This document shows, piece after piece, positions 57,437-64,000 of a stretch of 64,000 bases of DNA (position 1 is its first letter; the number at the start of each line of letters is the position of its first letter). The position numbers and the translations under genes were made by a program. Source of the DNA: Macrostomum lignano (taxonomy: Eukaryota); assembly GCA_002269645.1 (NCBI GenBank), contig NIVC01000004.1, positions 1 to 64,000 on the forward strand. The letters run 5' to 3'. The notes beneath the pieces are model-generated. The model was given only the letters and a program-made list of their open reading frames with translations. It did no database searches and was not told the DNA's origin.

Positions 57437-57790
57437 CTAGATTGGATCTAGTTCTCATTTAGATTGGATCTAGTTCTCATTTAGATTGGATCTAGTTCTC
57501 ATTTAGATTGGATCTAGTTCTCATCTAGATTGGATCTAGTTCTCATTTAGATTGGATCTAGTTCTCATTTAGATTGGATCTAGTTCTCATTTAGATTGGA
57601 TCTAGTTCTCATTTAGATTGGATCTAGTTCTCATTTAGATTGGATCGAGTTCTCATTTAGATTGGATCTAGTTCTCATCTAGGTTAGATCTAGTTCTCAT
57701 CTAGGTTAGATCTAGTTCTCTCATCTAGGTTAGATCTAGTTCTCATCTAGGTTAGATCTAGTTCTCTCATCTAGATTAGATCTGGTTTGA
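57437..57790. repeat. 22-bp minisatellite (TAGATTGGATCTAGTTCTCATT)n
   Basis: About 15 units directly after the 4.1m ORF stop. Confidence 0.95.
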
Positions 57791-58365
57791 TCCAGAAGGT
57801 CTTCTATTCTAAATCTGGATTAAATCTTGTTCAGAATGAGATTAGAACAATTCTAGATCTATATCCGATCTATATTGTGTCCGCATGTGATGTACTTCTA
57901 AATGGAATCTACTTGTTATCTTATTGTAGTATTTGTAATTTTGTCCTGCTAAATTTCGCCCCCTGCCCTGTGCAAAGTATTCCTTCGCTTAACATTCCAT
58001 CCTTATTTAGCCATTTATACATTTTAGCATTATACAATAGGCGCAAGTGTACCGCACGTGACCCCAAAAGCTCCCTCACCGCCGCGTGTCTCTTGGCCAG
58101 CTTTAATCAGCGAGTTTTCCAAGACACGCACAATTACCTTTGTTTAACCTTTTTTCGATGGCTTTTCCATGGCTCGACTGCCGAGAGCTGTGAAATTTCT
58201 GTGGCAGACTCTGTCTCCGAAGCCGTCAAATTAAAATTTCTACTTCAAGGCCAATGAAACGCTTTACATGATTATTTGAATTATCAGGCTGCATATTCAA
58301 AATCTCAAAGCTGCTTGATTTTTTGTTCGCTCATTTCTACTCTCAGTAGTATTTCAAGATAGATT

Positions 58366-60685
58366 CTGTGAGAGTCATCAGCATTCTGTGAGAGAAACAT
58401 CAGCATTCTGTGTGAGAATCATCAGCATGCTGTGAGAATCATCAGCAGTGTGTGAGAATCATCAGCATGCTGTGAGAATCATCAGCATTCTGTGTGAGAA
58501 TCATCAGCATGCTGTGTGAGAATCATCAGCATTCTGTGTAAGAATCATCAGCATTCTGTGTGAGAATCATCAGCTTTCTGTGTGAGAATCATCAGCATTC
58601 TGTGTGAGAATCATCAGCATTCTGTGTGAGAATCATCAGCATTCTGTGAGAATCATCAGCATTCTGTGTGAGAATCATCAGCATGCTGTGAGAATCATCA
58701 GCATTCTGTGTGAGAATCATCAGCATGCTGTGAGAATCATCAGCATTCTGTGTGAGAATCATCAGCATGCTGTGAGAATTATCAGCATTCTGTGTGAGAA
58801 TCATCAGCATGCTGTGAGAATCATCAGCATTGTGTGAGAATCATCAGCATGTTGTGAGAATCATCAGCATTGTGTAGGAATCATCAGCATGCTGTGAGAA
58901 TCATCAGCATTCTGTGAGAGAAACATCAGCATTCTGTGTGAGAATCATCAGCATTGTGTGAGAATCATCAGCATTCTGTGTGAGAATCATCAGCATTCTG
59001 TGAGAATCATCAGCATTCTGTGTGAGAATCATCAGCATTCTGTGTGAGAATCATCAGCATTCTGTGAGAATCATCAGCATTCTGTGTGAGAATCATCAGC
59101 ATGCTGTGAGAATCATCAGCATTCTGTGTGAGAATCATCAGCATGCTGTGAGAATTATCAGCATTCTGTGTGAGAATCATCAGCATGCTGTGAGAATCAT
59201 CAGCATTGTGTGAGAATCATCAGCATGTTGTGAGAATCATCAGCATTCTGTGTGAGAATCATCAGCATTCTGTGTGAGAATCATCAGCATTCTGTGAGAA
59301 TCATCAGCATTCTGTGTGAGAATCATCAGCATGCTGTGAGAATCATCAGCATTCTGTGAGAGAAACATCAGCATTCTGTGTGAGAATCATCAGCATTGTG
59401 TGAGAATCATCAGCATTCTGTGTGAGAATCATCAGCATTCTGTGAGAATCATCAGCATGCAGTGAGAATCATCAGCATTCTGTGTGAGAATCATCAGCAT
59501 TCTGTGTGAGAATCATCAGCATTCTGTGTGAGAATCATCAGCATTCTGTGTGAGAATCATCAGCATTGTGTGAGAATCATCAGCATGCAGTGAGAATCAT
59601 CAGCATTCTGTGAGAATCATCAGCATTCTGTGAGAATCATCAGCATTCTGTGAGAATCATCAGCATTCTGTGTGAGAATTATCAGCATTCTGTGTGAGAA
59701 TCATCAGCATTCTGTGTGAGAATCATCAGCATTCTGTGAGAATCATCAGCATTATGTGAGAATCATCAGCATTCTGGGAGAATCATCAGCATTCTGTGAG
59801 AATCATCAGCATTCTGTGTGAGAATTATCAGCATTCTGTGTGAGAATTATCAGCATTCTGTGAGAATCATCAGCATTATGTGAGAATCATCAGCATTCTG
59901 GGAGAATCATCAGCATTCTGTGAGAATCATCAGCATTCTGGGAGAATTATCAGCATTCTGTGAGAATCATCAGCATTCTGAGAATCATCAGCATCAGAAT
60001 CAGCATTATGTGAGAATCATCAGCATTCTGGAGAATCATCAGCATTCTGTGAGAATCATCAGCATTCTGTGAGAATCAGCATTCAGCATTCTGTGAGAAT
60101 CATCAGCATTCTCAGCATTCTGGAGAATCATCAGCATTCTGTGAGAATCATCAGCATTCTGGGAGAATTATCAGCATTCTGTGAGAATCATCAGCATTCT
60201 GAGATAATCATCAGCATTATGTGAGAATCATCAGCATTCTGGGAGAATCATCAGCATTCTGTAAGAATCATCAGCATTCTGTGAGAATCATCAGCATTCT
60301 GTGAGAATCATCAGCATTCTGAGAATCATCAGCATTCTGTGAGAATCATCAGCATTCTGTGCATTCTGAGAATCATCAGCATTCTGGGCATTATGTGAGA
60401 ATCATCAGCATTCTGGGAGAATCATCAGCATTCTGTGAATCATCAGCAAGAATCATCAGCATTCTGTGCATTCTGTGAGAATCATCAGCATAGAATCATT
60501 TCTGTCATCAGCAGAGAATCATCAGCATTCTGTGAGAATGCATTCTGTGAGAATCATCAGCATTGTGTGTGAGAATCATCAGCATTCTGTGAGAATCATC
60601 AGCATTCTGTGAGAATCATCAGCATTGTGTGGGAATTATCAGCATTCTGTGAGAATCATCAGCATTCTGTGAGAATCATCAGCAT
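58366..60685. repeat. 20/22-bp satellite (GAGAATCATCAGCATTCTGT[GT])n, about 2.3 kb
   Basis: Roughly 105-110 units, increasingly irregular after about 59950. Confidence 0.98.
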
Positions 60686-61290
60686 TTTTGCAGCGCAAAT
60701 TCACAAGAAAAATTTTGCCTCCATTTCGGGTCGTGTGGCGTGGGTTTGGAGACTTCACGGAATCCTTTCCAGATGCTATACTAAGGATGTGCCTCGGTTA
60801 TTCCGAGGCGCTTGACTTGGCTTCACCCCAAGTCAAAGCTTGAGCTGTTCCCATCGCCCTATTGTGAGTTGAGAGCAGATGAAAGGATCGTAGTTGGGTG
60901 CCTTGACTCAAAAGCGAAAGAAAATTGACTCAAAATTTTTTTTCTTTCAAGTCAACTTTTGCTAACCAAACTTCTGCCGCCTCTTCTACAGAGCAGCGGC
61001 CTCAGCAGAGCCATTGTCTAACAAACTCTGGGTTGGAGCAGAGGCGCAGAGTTTTTCAGTGTAGGCAGGGTTGAAGGGCTGAGCGACACGCTTGGTAGAT
61101 TCTCCAAGGTTCAGCCAGTAGCTTAGCCTGGCCTAAGGAACTCAACAATGTCTGCACTGTATGGGAGCTGTCAGTCGCAGTGACTGCGGAGCAGCCATGC
61201 GCTGTCCTGCTGGATTCTCAGAGAATTCTGCTCCAGCTCTGTCGTCTGAAACAGCGCCCATCAAGGACAACTGAAACAGGGCGGGAGACT

Positions 61291-61822
61291 GTGTTTCTTA
61301 GAAACATCTTTCGCGTTAATCCAGCCTTGTGTTTCTTAGAAACATCTTTCGCGTTAATCCAGCCTTGTGTTTCTTAGAAACATCTTTCGCGTTAATCCAG
61401 CCTTGTGTTTCTTAGAAACATCTTTCGCGTAAATCCAGCCTTGTGTTTCTTAGAAACATCTTTCGCGTTAATCCAGCCTTGTGTTTCTTAGAAACATCTT
61501 TCGCGTTAATACAGCCTTGTGTTTCTTAGAAACATCTTTCGCGTTAATCCAGCCTTGTGTTTCTTAGAAACATCTTTCGCGTTAATCCAGCCTTGTGTTT
61601 CTTAGAAACATCTTTCGCGTTAATCCAGCCTTGTGTTTCTTAGAAACATCTTTCGCGTAAATCCAGCCTTGTGTTTCTTAGAAACATCTTTCGCGTTAAT
61701 CCAGCCTTGTGTTTCTTAGAAACATCTTTCGCGTTAATCCAGCCTTGTGTTTCTTAGAAACATCTTTCGCGTTAATCCAGCCTTGTGTTTCTTAGAAACA
61801 TCTTTCGCGTTAATCCAGCCTT
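61291..61822. repeat. 38-bp tandem repeat x14 with an internal palindrome
   Basis: Unit GTGTTTCTTAGAAACATCTTTCGCGTTAATCCAGCCTT. 532 bp is exactly 14 units. Confidence 0.97.
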
Positions 61823-62695
61823 CAAGGATTTTCTAAGAAACGAAGTTTTCCGTGCTTCAGAGACGTTAAATAACTGTCACGGAAATCAATAGTTGGCCAC
61901 CGTCCACTCACCAATTCGTGCCATCACGAAAGCGAGCGCACTCTTCAGAAAGTTTCTCCCAAAAGCCCGTAGAAAACTCTGTTGAGCAATTGCTAACTTC
62001 AGGCCACCAATAATTCCAGGAAATCATTTCTTTAGTAGTACTCTCGTTTGGCAGAGAGCTTAAAAATGCTAGTAGCAGAGGTCACCCGGACAGGTAAAAA
62101 GCCAAGAACCAAGGTTTCGGAATTAATCGCACAGCTCGCGGTGCAGATCGCCAAATCTCGTTGCTGTAGGACCCGTTGAAGTTTTTCCAAGCAGTCTGTC
62201 TGGATTTCACTGTGAGGCAGCGAGAAAACTGATGTTGATGACTAATTTCAATGTGAAAGACTGCTTTTCAGTGGGATGATATCCAGTTTTAACGCCTAGG
62301 ATGTGTCAACTTACATATACGAGCTTAGCTTAAAGCCAAGGAGTAGGCTGATCACCCTCACAAATTAAAAAAAACCCATGACTCATTGATGAATTGCTTG
62401 CCAAGATTAAATATTAGTGCGATCATTGAGACGTCAGATTCTTCTAAATATTTTAATATTTATTTTTTTTTAAACATGAAAACAGGTGATTAGATTTTAG
62501 GCTTGGGAAAACTTTAAAATTTTTCAATTTAAACCTTTGAGTTCTGAAAAGTATTTGATAACCACAGAAACAAACGGAGGTTTACAGTTTGGGAACAGCT
62601 CAATGAATCTTCATCCTAAATATCAATTCATATTGTGGCTTCTCAAGCCAAAGCCGCAATGCTGGGGGCTCCCGGAGCCAGTCTGCGATGCGTAC

Positions 62696-63415
62696 TCAGT
62701 CGAAGGGCGACACACACTCGCAGAGGCCGAAGCTGGCTGACGTCAGATCCGTCAGGCCGCCACTTCCGGACACGGCGGCGAGCTTGTCCTGTCCGCCGTT
62801 GTCATCTGGCTCACCGGAATGCCACAGGCTCGGGTCCACGGTGATGTTGCAGCCGACCCAGTGCCAGCCGCCTGCCGGCTCCGCGCTGCCGGGAGCCTGG
62901 AAGCCTCCGAGCCACAAATTGTTACCATCACGAAGCGACTCCACGTGGCTCATCTCTGAGCTGCTCGTCACGTCCGCCATGATCACCAGACCGCTCTCCG
63001 ACTCGCATGTCGATTTTATGACGTCCCACGAGCCGCTGATCACCTTGTACTTGACTCCGCAGAAGTCGTCTCCGTATCCGGACGGACACAGCAGTCCCGC
63101 CGACAGTCCCGGCTGCTGCCTCACGAACACCCGGCCTCGTCTCGAGCAGCCGCAGTCCCTCACAGACTTGCTGCACTTGTTGAACTCGAACAGCTGGCAC
63201 GGACCGTCGGACAGGCTGAAGGCCTGGCACTGCGGCCTCAGGCCACACAGGATGGCGCACTGCTCCTCAGACATCACGCCGTTGAGTGTCCTCACAAACG
63301 GACTGCTGATGCACAGGGAGCCGTTAATGGGCGCAAACTCGGTGCCGCACAGAGCAGCCGCCACAACCGCAGCTGTCAGCCCTAACATAGCGAGATGCAC
63401 AAACACGGGGCGCAT
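62696..63415 (-). CDS. Secreted PAN/Apple + C-type lectin domain protein, 239 aa, intronless
   Basis: GCCACCATG context, signal peptide, PAN-like SEEQCAILCGLRPQCQAFSLSDGPCQL, and CTLD with W....STC, LWLGG, GGWHW, LWHSGEPDDNGGQD and a terminal CEC. Confidence 0.88.
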   Translation of the reverse strand: MRPVFVHLAMLGLTAAVVAAALCGTEFAPINGSLCISSPFVRTLNGVMSEEQCAILCGLRPQCQAFSLSDGPCQLFEFNKCSKSVRDCGCSRRGRVFVRQQPGLSAGLLCPSGYGDDFCGVKYKVISGSWDVIKSTCESESGLVIMADVTSSSEMSHVESLRDGNNLWLGGFQAPGSAEPAGGWHWVGCNITVDPSLWHSGEPDDNGGQDKLAAVSGSGGLTDLTSASFGLCECVSPFD

Positions 63416-64000
63416 GGTGGCAGCTCTCTACTAGCCTGCTCTGAACGGAGCGGAAATCCTGGCTTGGGTTTTCCTGCTTCACCTGTTTTTTTCTCTTGGT
63501 TTTGCGCGGCACAGTTTGTTGTGACAACCGCCTGCATTTTATCATTGGCTGCCGCCGCTGTAATTGCCGATGAGATTCCCGCTGCCGGACAGTCTTCTTT
63601 TCCGCTAGGCTCTACTTCTGAGTAGTGCATAGAGATGTCTATGGACTCCTTATGCAATACATTACTAGGCTGAAATGCGAGTACGTTTCGTTGCTAGGAA
63701 TTCATTTGTTTCTACTCAGTGTGAGCTTCTCAAACGCTCAAGTTAGGAAGTTTCCCAGCTGCCGAAACTGATGCAGCATGCCTGCCATCTCACTGGCAGC
63801 TGTGTATCCTACGTGAGCTAAGCACATTCACTCAGCCCCGATGCCAGGATTTCACTTTCAAATGGTTGGGATGGAAACTGCGTGTTAGTGCTTCTGTCAA
63901 TAATTCAGAACGAGGCACCTGGGGTACCGAGTGCAGAAACACTTCTGTTACAAAGCAATCAAAAAGTGATGCGGGCATCAGAACAGCAGGATGGCGCCGT

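Noticed and set aside
58592-59213. Repetitive ORFs (MRIISILCENHQH...)
   Set aside because: Translations of the 20/22-bp satellite.
61291-61822. Palindrome-containing 38-bp repeat resembling a CRISPR repeat
   Set aside because: Units are head-to-tail with no unique spacers, no cas genes are present, and the context is eukaryotic. The same applies to the 46-, 54- and 92-bp arrays.

Overview
Eukaryotic (animal) genomic DNA: GC-rich spliced exons, very AT-rich intergenic stretches, and a different minisatellite in most long introns. The style fits a free-living flatworm such as Macrostomum (inference, not proven). Genes reconstructed by hand: WDR97-like (minus, 9 exons, 624-8405, at least four 1-nt frameshifts in homopolymers); a probably GPI-anchored type-B carboxylesterase (21701-24277); intronless FIP1 (31080-32801); an AUG-less small membrane-protein ORF just downstream of FIP1 (33267-33479); calmodulin-like (37578-38904); an intact 8-exon ERM/moesin (43075-50458); SPEF1 (minus, 52734-54699, frameshifted); an orphan TM + band-4.1-motif + PDZ-ligand ORF (57161-57412); and an intronless PAN + C-type lectin (minus, 62696-63415). 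The region 10.3-18.2 kb is a transposon nest. It holds a Mutator-type MITE, a full-length mariner with one stop, a hAT MITE and a Gypsy remnant, probably all inside a decayed CACTA/CMC element. Best leads: (1) an operon-like FIP1 + AUG-less ORF unit that would need a spliced-leader AUG; (2) a 23-bp tandem repeat in an ERM intron whose unit is a complete GT-branch-AG mini-intron; (3) the five-superfamily nested transposon; (4) a glycophorin-C/neurexin-IV-like tail with no visible upstream exons. No prokaryotic features or CRISPR arrays are supported.
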